A stretch of DNA of 64,000 nt from a virus (IMGVR_UViG_3300044624_001039:5475-69474), one strand, 5' to 3'. Positions 37,913 to 48,133 are shown, counted from the stretch's first letter. Made by a program: numbers and translations. Notes: a model not told the origin generated them from the letters alone.

Positions 37913-38136
37913 TTATAGTCCCTATTTAATGTTGCCCATGTTAACCACTGATGAAATGTATTATACACTAATTCAGCTTCTTTGTCATCCTGATTTACCC
38001 TAATTCCACGTATATAAAACCCGTCTTTTGCTACACGTAACATCTCACTTGTTCCGCCAGTAAAGGTGATAACAGACTCCTGAGTTTCAGAAGATATTGT
38101 TGATTTCATTGTAAGTGATGGATTAACGGTCATCAT
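37909..38136 (-). CDS. Hypothetical protein
   Basis: Operon context. Confidence 0.5.
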   Translation of the reverse strand: MMTVNPSLTMKSTISSETQESVITFTGGTSEMLRVAKDGFYIRGIRVNQDDKEAELVYNTFHQWLTWATLNRDYK

Positions 38137-38335
38137 CTAAATCTACCCTTTCATGGTCATGATCCCATTGCGCCCTATTCAATAAACGCAATTCATTAAA
38201 ATACTTATCCTTAACATCTTTCAATTTTTGAATTTTTTCAGTATCAGTACTACCTGATTTTTCTAATTGAAAAAGTTGATTCTCAACTAATCTATATGAT
38301 TCTTCTAAAGTTTTAATACGATTTTTATATGGCAT
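38123..38335 (-). CDS. DUF465/YdcH-like coiled-coil protein
   Basis: RIKTLEE...LE....D.EKIQKLK..K...NEL. Confidence 0.5.
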   Translation of the reverse strand: MPYKNRIKTLEESYRLVENQLFQLEKSGSTDTEKIQKLKDVKDKYFNELRLLNRAQWDHDHERVDLDDDR

Positions 38336-38336
38336 A

Positions 38337-39887
38337 TTACTCTCCTAGTATTTCATTCATAGCATCATCGCTATCCTCTATTACCTCTTCAAACTCTGGT
38401 TCATTTTGAACTTCAAATAATTCTTCAAACTTACTTAATGCATTAACAGTTCGTTTACCACTAATACCCTGACTACCTGATTGAAACTGCATCCACAATC
38501 TACTGTTTTGATCAATCAAATCAATTGCTTCCTGTTTAGTTTTTTTACTAAAGATTTCATCAATAACATCTTTGAACAAAACACGTTCAAACTGTTCATT
38601 CATTAACATCTTGGGAACAACACCTTGCTCATATTGACGATTAGCCTCTTGTACAGCATTCATATGCATCCAAACATTATGACTTTGAATCAATGTATAA
38701 CTCAATGTATCCCAACTTGTTTTTGTTTCTTTGTTATGCTGTCCCAAGAAACCATGACCACGATAGCACATATCCTTAAGCAGTAGTTTATCAGTTACTG
38801 GACTATCTGTAAATAGTTTATGGATACCTTCAGCTAATACAGCATCACGATATTTTCTAGTATCACTTGCATATTCTTTCTTTTCAGCAGTCTTTTCCAT
38901 ACTGTATGACCATTTCTTATTATGCTCAATATTAGTATTGAAATATGCTAAACCCTTAGCCGCACTATAGAATGGGCTTGCACAGTCAAACGTAATCTGT
39001 AATTTTGGGTTATGATACTTACGAATAGCACGTTGTATATCAGTAAACAATACTGCATACTCTAATATACTTGTACCCAAACAGTGAATTAAATCATGTT
39101 TACCTTCTACTAATAAACCATCATGGATAATATCAACCATTCTAGTTAGCATCAAGTGTACATCAATCTTGTTTTGACCACCAAATGCCCAACCATTAAA
39201 ATGAGTGTCTGGATAGATATTTGGGTCACAATACTTCTTCATTTCAGCATACCAATCATCTGACTGTGTATGTGTACGACCTTGCAATACATTTAGGAAC
39301 TTACATTTACCCGAACGATTGTTAATGAAGTATTCGTTGTTAATATGAGTAGCAGTAATTGCTTCCTGAATAGTACTAATACCATGAAGACTATTACCGT
39401 TCTTATCCTTCATATTAAAGGTAGTTATTGATTGTGAAGGAATATCAAGTACCATACCATAGTCCATGTATGTATCCATCCAGTTCAATACAGCTTTACG
39501 CTTAATCATAGCCTTAGGGCAATTAGGGTCTTTCCAATCAGCCGGCCATTGACCTTTTAAAATCTGAAATCCACCAGAGTCACCCAACATAAATGTACCA
39601 GCTTCACGTTCTCTAATGATACTTTCGCTAGGATCGTTTACAGTTGTATCTAAGTTAGCATGACCTGCACTGTACAAACCCCATTTATAATAATATAGAC
39701 CTTCACTACTATTTAAAAAGTTTAGTTTCTCTACATCACCGTTGAATTGAGCAGGGATACGTGCAGGGTCAAAGTATTGTTCACCTTTACGTTGCTTACC
39801 CAAGCCAGAGATATAAAAACTACTAACTGCAGGTAAGAACAATGCCCAATCAGGGTTTTGTTTTGCTGATAGATTATCTTGTTCCAT
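38337..39887 (-). CDS. dpdA: TGT-fold deazaguanine transglycosylase (DpdA-like)
   Basis: DSGGFQ, LDIP, VLQG, AFGG, HCLG, FDCASP, SHN; lies in the folE/queD/queE cluster. Confidence 0.8.
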   Translation of the reverse strand: MEQDNLSAKQNPDWALFLPAVSSFYISGLGKQRKGEQYFDPARIPAQFNGDVEKLNFLNSSEGLYYYKWGLYSAGHANLDTTVNDPSESIIREREAGTFMLGDSGGFQILKGQWPADWKDPNCPKAMIKRKAVLNWMDTYMDYGMVLDIPSQSITTFNMKDKNGNSLHGISTIQEAITATHINNEYFINNRSGKCKFLNVLQGRTHTQSDDWYAEMKKYCDPNIYPDTHFNGWAFGGQNKIDVHLMLTRMVDIIHDGLLVEGKHDLIHCLGTSILEYAVLFTDIQRAIRKYHNPKLQITFDCASPFYSAAKGLAYFNTNIEHNKKWSYSMEKTAEKKEYASDTRKYRDAVLAEGIHKLFTDSPVTDKLLLKDMCYRGHGFLGQHNKETKTSWDTLSYTLIQSHNVWMHMNAVQEANRQYEQGVVPKMLMNEQFERVLFKDVIDEIFSKKTKQEAIDLIDQNSRLWMQFQSGSQGISGKRTVNALSKFEELFEVQNEPEFEEVIEDSDDAMNEILGE

Positions 39888-40618
39888 TATTTTGCTTGTG
39901 CTGGGAGTAAGTAACGATAAACTGCTAAACCACTGTCAACAACAATCTCTGTAGCGCCAGCATCACTAATGCGAATAATCTTATCACCGGGTAGATCCAT
40001 AATGCTTAAGAATTCTTTAACAGGCCACATCCATGCTTTGTTCAATGAACCAGTGACACCCGGATGAAACACAAAGTTACCTGAGTGAGTTGACGGATCA
40101 CCAAAGTAAACCATTAAGTTACCATTTTCTGTTTTAGTAGTAAAGTTCTTTTCTTCACTATTGGCACTTGCTTGACGTTTCAATCGTTGAATGCCAGCAA
40201 TACTTGGTTCAAACTCTACATTCCATGTAGTGCCTTTGAACATTACATTCTTAACTTTTTCATCAGCAATAGCTTTACTCATCAAACGATAGTCGTTAAC
40301 GAAATCACCTGCTTTTGTTTCAAAGTGAATGTATTCTGGTACACTTGCACCGTCTTTGTTAACACGTGTAACATTGATTTTAGCATGTTCATCATAGTCA
40401 TCAAAGCTTAGAATTGTTTTAAGTTTACCTAAGTTAGGCATACCAAACGTTCCGATAAACTCTACGCTAGGATGTTTAAGAACACCACTAACGATAACAG
40501 ATTTATCTTCTGCTACTGCGTTTACAGTTGTCTCTGTGTCAGTTCCACTAACTTTAATCAAATCAATACAGCCTAAGCCATGTGTGTGTTGAATTAAATC
40601 TTGTAAATTATCTTTCAT
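39887..40618 (-). CDS. DNA polymerase sliding clamp (gp45-like)
   Basis: 243 aa beta-rich protein adjacent to polB; FGMPNLGKL pattern. Confidence 0.65.
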   Translation of the reverse strand: MKDNLQDLIQHTHGLGCIDLIKVSGTDTETTVNAVAEDKSVIVSGVLKHPSVEFIGTFGMPNLGKLKTILSFDDYDEHAKINVTRVNKDGASVPEYIHFETKAGDFVNDYRLMSKAIADEKVKNVMFKGTTWNVEFEPSIAGIQRLKRQASANSEEKNFTTKTENGNLMVYFGDPSTHSGNFVFHPGVTGSLNKAWMWPVKEFLSIMDLPGDKIIRISDAGATEIVVDSGLAVYRYLLPAQAK

Positions 40619-40695
40619 GTTTTTCCTTTGTTTTAACTATTTAGGTAGTTGTAATACGTATTATAATGGAATATATTACGAATAGCAACACCAAT

Positions 40696-43413
40696 TTAAC
40701 CGAAACTGAATAAATCATTGAATGTACTGTTGGTATCTGTATTACTACGAATATCCCAATCTAATACACCCAATAAGTTATCAATCTTTTCATCTACTAA
40801 CGTTTGTTCCATTGCTGAATCATCAAATGGTAACTCAGTAAACCATTTGGGCAAACGTAATTCATCTACTGGATATGCTACACTAGTAAACCCTAATGGA
40901 TTAGGTTTTAGTTTACAGACTACAACCTTCATACCGTCAATAATCTTTTGACTATAATTGTCTCCGTTTACTCTACGTAGGTAATTATAATTCAATGCCG
41001 CTCTAACGTGACCGGGCATATTAGCACGACCTGTACTACTTTTTGCTTCTAAGTCACCATACATCGTAAGTTTGTTTACACCTTTAGGTGAACCTTTAGT
41101 CCAACTATCCTGTGCTGTTAATATGCGTTTAAAATCTTTTACAGCTTCAATAACTTCTGTACGGCCTTTACCTTGTTGTAGAACCATCTGTAGTACATTC
41201 ATTAAGAATTCTTGTACATACTTAGGAGTATCAGCACGTTTCAAATCAAGACCCATAGCTTTGATATCACCCAATGCACCGTCTTTGTCTTTACGTTTAC
41301 CTTCTTTGTCAAAGATATTAATAGCATAACGCTTCTTAACAATAAAGATAGCACGATCACCAATCAATTCACGTCCAGCTTTAATGATAGCACCATTCTT
41401 ACGTGGTGCATGAAAAGCTTTCTCCATAAATGCAGGGAACGATTCATTTGCTTGGTCAGCTATACCATCATACAATCCAATACAAGTTTCTTTATTCCAC
41501 TCTAATGCACCAGAATCAATCTGAGGCTTTAATGTTGGATAAGCTGTGAAGTAACAACTGTCAGTATCACCATACACAATAGCATTACCTTCGTGTGAAT
41601 AGATACCTTCTACAGTTTCATTGATAGTACTCATCATATGCTTAACGATCTGACGACCAGATAATGTAACTGATTGACCAATACGTTTATCATAGAAACG
41701 ACAATGTTCATTCAATAGTGCACCGTATGCTGAGTTGAGTAAAATCTTACGAACAAGTTGTCGTTTGTCCCAGTACTCTCTATCCTCCGTAGTAGTTGCT
41801 TCTTTAAGTTTTTTCTGCATCTCTTTACGATCTGAGTACCAACGACTTAGTAGACCGGGTACAACACCTTCTTTTTCATAAGTAAAGATTGTACCATTAG
41901 CACTTAACATCCAGGGCTTATGACTATCAAAGATCATCTTCCATATTTCAGCTGCCGACATTTCTACACTACGACCATCTTCGTAGTCAACAGTAAGAAT
42001 AGTTCCACGTTCTTGGTTCATAATCGCTGTGTACTCTAATGCACCAAATAGATTTTCCCAGAGAATAGACCCTGTAACTGCATCATCACCTTCTTTGTGA
42101 CGTTTCTTTTCACTTGCTAATCGTACACCTTTGTCGTGCATATATTGGTCTGTGATTGTTTGTCTGACCTGAGCAACGATGGTTTCTCCTGCCATGTTGA
42201 GGGCACGAATAACCGAGGGATAGAGTGAGTTGATATCAACTGCACCGACCCACTCGTGCATTCCTCTTTTCGGCGTAGCAACAAAGGCACCTGCTGCCTG
42301 CTGGACATCTTCTTCATTTTCAACCTTTCGTTTTTTATCTGGTACTACTAAGCCACGTTCGTGTGCTTCATTAAAAATTGCCATCTCAATCATTGCTACT
42401 GAACCCATAACTGTTGGAAGCAGTACAGTATTCTCGTGTGCAAGTTGATTAGCTAATTCTAAAAACTTAAGTTTGTTGTGAATCTTCACTAACAACATAG
42501 TATCTTGTCTGTTGTATTCAATGAATTTTTTAAAGTCTTTGTTATACAGTTGGTCAAGAGTACCTTCATATTGTGTTTTGTTTTCACCCACTTCCATCTC
42601 ACCGATAGAATCAAGTTTATAACTGTGGCGTGATTCATAGTTATATTTTTTGTACAACTGTAAATAGTCCAAGTGAATACGACCTACTAAGTCATAAGTT
42701 GTTTCACTTTTACCGAATCGTTCGTATTCTCTAGCTTTAGGAAGTTGACCCATCAAGCAGAACTTGCGTGTGTCATCCTTACTCATTACTCTAGTAACAC
42801 GATTGACCATATAGGGTATATCATAGCCTTCTGAGTTCCAGCCAGTTAGTACATCAGCATCTTCAATGAGTTGAAAGAAAACATCAAACATTTCTTTCTC
42901 ATTTGTGAATAGCATTGTATTCTCAAACTCATTAGTGATTTCTTGGGCTGTTTCACTGCTCATATGTTTCGGAGCAATCACTAATGTAATACATTGATCT
43001 AGCCAATCTAAGTAACAACTAATAGCTGTAACAGGATTGAATGGATCATTAGTAGGGCTGAATCCTTTTACAGGATCAAAGTCTACTTCAATGTCAAAGA
43101 AACAAGTATGAAGTTTAGGTGCATCAATACCAAGATAGTTTTCACTTAAACAGCGAAAGACAACTGGTATATCACTTTCAAATAATTTTTTATTTGAATG
43201 GATACGTTTTTCTTTTTCAAACTCTTGTCGTTTGCGAGTACTGAAACGACTGACTGGATCGCCGTATATACTACGTTGTTTACCCCTAGGATCAGGATAA
43301 TACAATACGTAATTAGTAGGGTATTCTTTGTATTGACGCTTGCCGTCCTTGTCTCTTTCTACAACGTAGATACGGTCTTCATCCCTACTGTGAATAGCAT
43401 CCACATAACTCAA
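40696..43413 (-). CDS. Family B DNA polymerase (gp43-like)
   Basis: Exonuclease motifs DIEVD, GWNSEGYD, YNRQD; polymerase motifs DINSLYPS, KILLNSAYG, YGDTDS, KKRY. Confidence 0.97.
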   Translation of the reverse strand: MSYVDAIHSRDEDRIYVVERDKDGKRQYKEYPTNYVLYYPDPRGKQRSIYGDPVSRFSTRKRQEFEKEKRIHSNKKLFESDIPVVFRCLSENYLGIDAPKLHTCFFDIEVDFDPVKGFSPTNDPFNPVTAISCYLDWLDQCITLVIAPKHMSSETAQEITNEFENTMLFTNEKEMFDVFFQLIEDADVLTGWNSEGYDIPYMVNRVTRVMSKDDTRKFCLMGQLPKAREYERFGKSETTYDLVGRIHLDYLQLYKKYNYESRHSYKLDSIGEMEVGENKTQYEGTLDQLYNKDFKKFIEYNRQDTMLLVKIHNKLKFLELANQLAHENTVLLPTVMGSVAMIEMAIFNEAHERGLVVPDKKRKVENEEDVQQAAGAFVATPKRGMHEWVGAVDINSLYPSVIRALNMAGETIVAQVRQTITDQYMHDKGVRLASEKKRHKEGDDAVTGSILWENLFGALEYTAIMNQERGTILTVDYEDGRSVEMSAAEIWKMIFDSHKPWMLSANGTIFTYEKEGVVPGLLSRWYSDRKEMQKKLKEATTTEDREYWDKRQLVRKILLNSAYGALLNEHCRFYDKRIGQSVTLSGRQIVKHMMSTINETVEGIYSHEGNAIVYGDTDSCYFTAYPTLKPQIDSGALEWNKETCIGLYDGIADQANESFPAFMEKAFHAPRKNGAIIKAGRELIGDRAIFIVKKRYAINIFDKEGKRKDKDGALGDIKAMGLDLKRADTPKYVQEFLMNVLQMVLQQGKGRTEVIEAVKDFKRILTAQDSWTKGSPKGVNKLTMYGDLEAKSSTGRANMPGHVRAALNYNYLRRVNGDNYSQKIIDGMKVVVCKLKPNPLGFTSVAYPVDELRLPKWFTELPFDDSAMEQTLVDEKIDNLLGVLDWDIRSNTDTNSTFNDLFSFG

Positions 43414-43676
43414 AGTGTTTTCCCTACAGTTTCTAGGATAGTGTTGAGTTCATCGTGGTCTTTGTTAGTCTGACCTAAACTTGCTTTGTGTGCAATTTTA
43501 ATTGCTTTCTTTAATGTACTAGCTTTGATTTCAAGTTCTTCTGCTACAGCTTTAATAGTGTCGTTTAATCCACCATTCAATGTATCAATTTCATGTAGGA
43601 CGTGCATCCCTTCATTAATTAATTGTGTTAGTTTAATCTTTGCTTCACCGTTAAAGGTTCTGTTATAATCTGACAT
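43410..43676 (-). CDS. Small dsDNA-binding protein (T4 DsbA/GapR-like)
   Basis: Helical 88 aa protein with LKKAIKIAHK; resemblance only. Confidence 0.45.
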   Translation of the reverse strand: MSDYNRTFNGEAKIKLTQLINEGMHVLHEIDTLNGGLNDTIKAVAEELEIKASTLKKAIKIAHKASLGQTNKDHDELNTILETVGKTL

Positions 43677-43699
43677 AGTTTCTCCTTAAATAATTAGTT

Positions 43700-43728
43700 A
43701 GTATACTTGAGTTGTGTAGATAAGTCAA
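43700..43728 (-). promoter_or_regulatory. sigma70-type promoter for the replication operon
   Basis: TTGACT-17 nt-TATACT. Confidence 0.65.
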
Positions 43729-44321
43729 GTGTTTTTCTTACCTTCTACAATCTTCTTGACCAAAGTATAAATACCCGGATTGACTTTCAATACGTGAGGC
43801 ATTAATTCATTACGGATGTAATTACGGGTATATCTGTTATTCTTATTAGATTTATCCTCACACCATTCAATATTATGACTTTCACACCAATATATAAAAT
43901 CTTCTTTTCGTGTGGTTAAGAATGGGCGTAGTACATTGTTTCTTGTTAGTGGAATAACTTTGGGTGTGCCGTGTAAACTTGACCAAATATATGTTTCAAC
44001 ACAATCATCCAAATGATGACAGGTAATGATTGGTCCATGTTTAGCAAAATATTGATAGCGTTCTTCTCTCCAGAATTCTTCTTGGCTCATTGATTTGGGT
44101 TTGTCACGATTTAGCACACCTAAAAATAATGGAAGATTTCTATCTTCACAAAATTTAGATACAAAATCTAATGCTTTATTACTGTGTTCAGTACCATGAT
44201 GGAAGTATGCACAAGATACGTCATGTTTACGACTTAAAAAGTCAACAACAGCACAAGAGTCAACACCGCCACTGAATGCTACTGTAACTTGTTTGGGTAA
44301 TGGTACTGTTAACTTAATCAT
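43725..44321 (-). CDS. tilS: Minimal tRNA(Ile)-lysidine synthetase (PP-loop domain only)
   Basis: AFSGGVDS, HHG, R..RY, HHLDDCVET, RPFL, EDKSN...RNYIRNELMP. Confidence 0.8.
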   Translation of the reverse strand: MIKLTVPLPKQVTVAFSGGVDSCAVVDFLSRKHDVSCAYFHHGTEHSNKALDFVSKFCEDRNLPLFLGVLNRDKPKSMSQEEFWREERYQYFAKHGPIITCHHLDDCVETYIWSSLHGTPKVIPLTRNNVLRPFLTTRKEDFIYWCESHNIEWCEDKSNKNNRYTRNYIRNELMPHVLKVNPGIYTLVKKIVEGKKNT

Positions 44322-44358
44322 CTATCTATTGTAACATAGAATGATTTAGTTACCAATA

Positions 44359-45315
44359 TTATTGGATACCTGAACTTGCGGCCAAATAACTTCTTGCTGA
44401 ACTTAACGGGCCGCGAATACTTGCAGTTGCTGTATCAGTTGCATATGTTATGCGGTCTACCCTAGAAGTAAATGAGCCGCTGCCAAACCAACCATATGTT
44501 GTACTATCAGTTGATGCAGCCAAATATGTTCTACCTGAACTTAATGGACCACGAACACTTGCTGTTGCGGTATCAGTTGCAAATATAACTCGTTGTACTG
44601 TAGAACCACTATAACCACCGCCAAACCATCCATCTGTGGGTGTACCTGTTGCGGCTAGACGAAAATTTGAATTAGTTAATGGACCACGAACACTTGCAGT
44701 TGCAGTATCAGTTGCAAAGGTTACCCTGTCTATGGTAGAACGGAATGTTCCGGGGGCAGGGCTAGATGCATAACCGCCTGCCCACCATCCATCAGTTGCA
44801 TTACCTGTTGCGGCCAAGGCACTTCTGGCTAAACTTAATGGACCACGTACACTTGCTGTAGCAGTATCAGTTGTGTATGTTATGCGATCTACTGTTGAAA
44901 AATAAACACCTGCAGGTGTACGCCCACCACCAAACCAAGCATTAGTTGTATTTCCAGTACCAGCTAAATATTTTTTTGCCGCACTTAGTGGACCACGTAC
45001 ACTTGCTGTAGCAGTATCAGTTGCGTATGTTATGCGATCTACTAATGATTGTACTGTTGGGCCAGTAACTTCTCCGCCTGCAAACCATCCGTAAGTAAGA
45101 TCACCAGTTGCACCTAAACTTTTTCTAGCTAAACTTAATGGCCCTCTATTAGTTGAAGTATCAGTATCTGTTGCATATGTTATGCGACTTACTAATGATG
45201 CGATACTCCCTGTAGATCCGCCGCCAAACCATCCTGCATCGGGTGTTGATGGTGGTGGAACTAGAGTGAAGCCACCGCCGGCTGCTGTAAATCCACCTGT
45301 TATTGTTATTGACAT
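44359..45315 (-). CDS. Six-bladed Kelch-like repeat protein, family A
   Basis: Six GWFGGG-x-RITYATDTATASVRGPL repeats; MSITITGG leader and PPP linker. Confidence 0.75.
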   Translation of the reverse strand: MSITITGGFTAAGGGFTLVPPPSTPDAGWFGGGSTGSIASLVSRITYATDTDTSTNRGPLSLARKSLGATGDLTYGWFAGGEVTGPTVQSLVDRITYATDTATASVRGPLSAAKKYLAGTGNTTNAWFGGGRTPAGVYFSTVDRITYTTDTATASVRGPLSLARSALAATGNATDGWWAGGYASSPAPGTFRSTIDRVTFATDTATASVRGPLTNSNFRLAATGTPTDGWFGGGYSGSTVQRVIFATDTATASVRGPLSSGRTYLAASTDSTTYGWFGSGSFTSRVDRITYATDTATASIRGPLSSARSYLAASSGIQ

Positions 45316-45328
45316 TCTTTAACCTTTA

Positions 45329-46210
45329 TTATAAATCACCAGTATTGGTTGATGGGTAGGCACGATTTGGTCCCCATATTATACGTACAGCTCCGTCACC
45401 ACCGTCACCATTAGTGTAGGCATTTTGCTGTGCATTTAGTCCGCCACCGCCACTCCCACCGCCGTATAATCCACCGTCACCGCCAGTACCATATGCGCTG
45501 TTAGTCCCGTTTCCGCCACTTGAGCCGCCACTTCCAGCAGTTGGAGAATAGCCGCCGGCGCCACCTCCCCCACTCGGACCTTCTCCGTAAATACCTACTC
45601 CGCCGCCACCTGAACCATTATTGAAATACCAAGGTGGGTTAGAATATATGTAACTAGCACCGCCACCTCCACCGCCACCACCACTTCCTGAACCACCGTT
45701 ACGGGAATCTGGATTACCGCCGGTGCCACCATTACCTGAATAGCCACCGGCTCCGCCACCTCCGTTTTGAGAACCATTACTACTATTACCACCATTGCCG
45801 CCACCAACGGTACCACCGTAAGGGCCAGCACCAAATGCAGATCCGGTACCACCTTGAAACCCGCCTGCGCCACCGTATACAAGAATATTACTGCTTCTAC
45901 TAATTGAACTATCTGTTGCGTAGTCACCACCGTTTAATAATTTAAATGCTTCACCGACTACTACTGTTAATGTTTCTCCTGGTGTAACTGGTAGATTATT
46001 AATATATCGTAGTCCACCTCCACTTCCACCGGATGATCGCGGTGCACCGGCACCGACGCATACTGCACAAACAGTAGTAACATCTGCAGGTACTACAAAC
46101 GAGGTAGTACCGGGTGTAGTGAATGATTGTTGACCCGTGGGCGGGGGTGCCGAGACTACAGTCCATCCGCTACCATCTACTGTTATGCCACCTGTTATCG
46201 TTATTGACAT
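45329..46210 (-). CDS. Glycine-rich virion-associated protein
   Basis: FTTPGT..FVVP..V..V.AVCVGAG...GG repeats...GGDGAVRIIW; same MSITITGG/PPP leader. Confidence 0.7.
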   Translation of the reverse strand: MSITITGGITVDGSGWTVVSAPPPTGQQSFTTPGTTSFVVPADVTTVCAVCVGAGAPRSSGGSGGGLRYINNLPVTPGETLTVVVGEAFKLLNGGDYATDSSISRSSNILVYGGAGGFQGGTGSAFGAGPYGGTVGGGNGGNSSNGSQNGGGGAGGYSGNGGTGGNPDSRNGGSGSGGGGGGGGASYIYSNPPWYFNNGSGGGGVGIYGEGPSGGGGAGGYSPTAGSGGSSGGNGTNSAYGTGGDGGLYGGGSGGGGLNAQQNAYTNGDGGDGAVRIIWGPNRAYPSTNTGDL

Positions 46211-46228
46211 TTTTTAACCTTTATTCTT

Positions 46229-47182
46229 TTAATATTGACCTGCATTTGCAGTCACAAACGTATCCCCGGCGGCGGTCAATGGTCCTCTTACACTAGCAAC
46301 ATCAGTATCAGTTGCATATGTAATTCGTAAAACAACACTAGTGTCAGGTCCCCCGCCTGCTATCCATCCGTAATTACTATCTCCTGCCTGTCCTGCTGCA
46401 CGTCTTGCCGCATTTAATGGTCCTCTAGTGGTTCCAGTTGCTGTATCGGTTGCATATTCAATACGCATCACATTTGACATAGGGGAACCACCTGGATTAT
46501 TTCCACCCGCAAACCAACCATATGTACTATTTCCACTGCCACTTGTTTCTGAGGTAGAAATACTCAATGGACCTCTAACACTAGCTGTTGCAGTATCAGT
46601 TGCATATTCTATACGATCTACCCTAGAAAGTGCCGGAGAGCCAGGTGCACTTCCTCCTGCAAACCATCCATAGCTAGTAGTAGAAGTTGATCCTAGTCCG
46701 TACCTACCTAAACTTAATGGTCCCCTTGCAGTGGCAGTTGCTGTATCTGTTGCATATATAATACGGTCTACTGTTGTATAATATACAAAGGGTACAGTAG
46801 CAGAAAGACCTCCTCCAAACCAACCATACGTAGATGAATCGGATACTCCAGCCAAAGTGTTTCTACCAACAGTTAATGGACCTCTAGTTGTAGAAGCATC
46901 AGTGTCAGTTGCATATGTGACTCGCTTTACATTAGAACCATTATCATAACCACCGCCCCACCAACCGTTAGCAAGTGTTGCTACACCTCCTGATCCACGA
47001 ACGGCGTTTGTACCTCTATTAGAGGCTGTTGCAGTATCTGTTGCAAAAACTATACGTTGATTCACTCCACCTGCGGGACGTGAACCTCCAAACCAAGCTG
47101 CAGTAGGCTCTGAAGGTGGCGCGGCACTGAAACTAAACCCTCCACCTGTAAATGTTATTCCACCACTAAATGTTACTGACAT
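46229..47182 (-). CDS. Six-bladed Kelch-like repeat protein, family A
   Basis: Six repeats; MSVTFSGGITFTGGG leader. Confidence 0.75.
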   Translation of the reverse strand: MSVTFSGGITFTGGGFSFSAAPPSEPTAAWFGGSRPAGGVNQRIVFATDTATASNRGTNAVRGSGGVATLANGWWGGGYDNGSNVKRVTYATDTDASTTRGPLTVGRNTLAGVSDSSTYGWFGGGLSATVPFVYYTTVDRIIYATDTATATARGPLSLGRYGLGSTSTTSYGWFAGGSAPGSPALSRVDRIEYATDTATASVRGPLSISTSETSGSGNSTYGWFAGGNNPGGSPMSNVMRIEYATDTATGTTRGPLNAARRAAGQAGDSNYGWIAGGGPDTSVVLRITYATDTDVASVRGPLTAAGDTFVTANAGQY

Positions 47183-47197
47183 ATATTATTCTTTCTA

Positions 47198-48133
47198 TTA
47201 TTGTATACCTGATGATGATGCCAAAGCCTGTCTAGCTAAACTTAGTGGACCACGCACACTAGCTGTTGCTGTATCTGTTGCATATGTTATTCTATCTGTA
47301 GTTGACAATACTTGAAAACTAGAACTATATCCGCCACCAAACCATCCATCAGTATTATTTCCGGATGCAGCCAAATATCGTTTAGCTGATGATAGTGGAC
47401 CACGCACACTAGCTGTTGCTGTATCTGTTGCATATGTTATTCTATCAACTGTTGAACTAAACCCGACACTCGGATCATACCCACCACCAAACCATCCATC
47501 AGTTGTATTGCCGGCAGCGGATAAACCATATCTGGCTAAACTTAATGGACCACGTACACTTGCAGTTGCGGTATCAGTTGCATATGTTATTCTCTGTACT
47601 GATGACACCGGCCCGGGATCGCCACCACTAAACCAGGCATCGGTTGTATTACCTGTTGCTGCCATTCGTGCTTGTGCAGTATTCAATGGACCACGTACAC
47701 TTGCGGTAGCAGTATCTGTTGCATATGTTATTCTATCTATCCTTGATAATGGACCAACACCACCACCAAACCATGCATCAGTATCATTGCCGGCAGCGGC
47801 TAAAAGGCGTCTGGCTAAACTTAATGGTCCACGTACACTAGCTGTATCGGTATCTGTGGCATACGTAATGCGTTGTACAGTTGATTTAGGTCCAGGATCT
47901 CCACCACCAAACCAACCGTAGTCGAGATTTCCAGTACCGGCTAGTTGAGTAGTAGCTGAATTTAGTGGGCCACGTACACTTGCAGTAGCAGTATCTGTCG
48001 CATATGTTAGCCTATCTATCCGTGAAGACGGTCCGTTTCCTCCACCAAACCATCCTGCAGTGGCAGTGGGAGGTGGCTGAACTATTGATATCCCACTACC
48101 TATTGTCCAACCTGGTCCTATCACAATCGTCAT
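47198..48133 (-). CDS. Six-bladed Kelch-like repeat protein, family A
   Basis: Six repeats; ATAAATA at 48155-48161. Confidence 0.75.
   Translation of the reverse strand: MTIVIGPGWTIGSGISIVQPPPTATAGWFGGGNGPSSRIDRLTYATDTATASVRGPLNSATTQLAGTGNLDYGWFGGGDPGPKSTVQRITYATDTDTASVRGPLSLARRLLAAAGNDTDAWFGGGVGPLSRIDRITYATDTATASVRGPLNTAQARMAATGNTTDAWFSGGDPGPVSSVQRITYATDTATASVRGPLSLARYGLSAAGNTTDGWFGGGYDPSVGFSSTVDRITYATDTATASVRGPLSSAKRYLAASGNNTDGWFGGGYSSSFQVLSTTDRITYATDTATASVRGPLSLARQALASSSGIQ
47243..47446. repeat. Identical 54-nt intragenic direct repeat (47243-47296 and 47393-47446)
   Basis: tagtggaccacgcacactagctgttgctgtatctgttgcatatgttattctatc occurs twice, 150 nt apart; similar near-identical frameworks recur across family A. 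Confidence 0.85.

Noticed and set aside
40696-43413. Intein or intron in the DNA polymerase
   Set aside because: Continuous 905 aa ORF of normal size with no intein terminal motifs or LAGLIDADG insert.
43725-44321. This PP-loop protein as the missing QueC
   Set aside because: Its motifs (HHLDD.VET, RPFL, D.SN...RN.IR) are TilS-type, and it lacks the QueC zinc-binding Cys cluster and the VP.RN motif.
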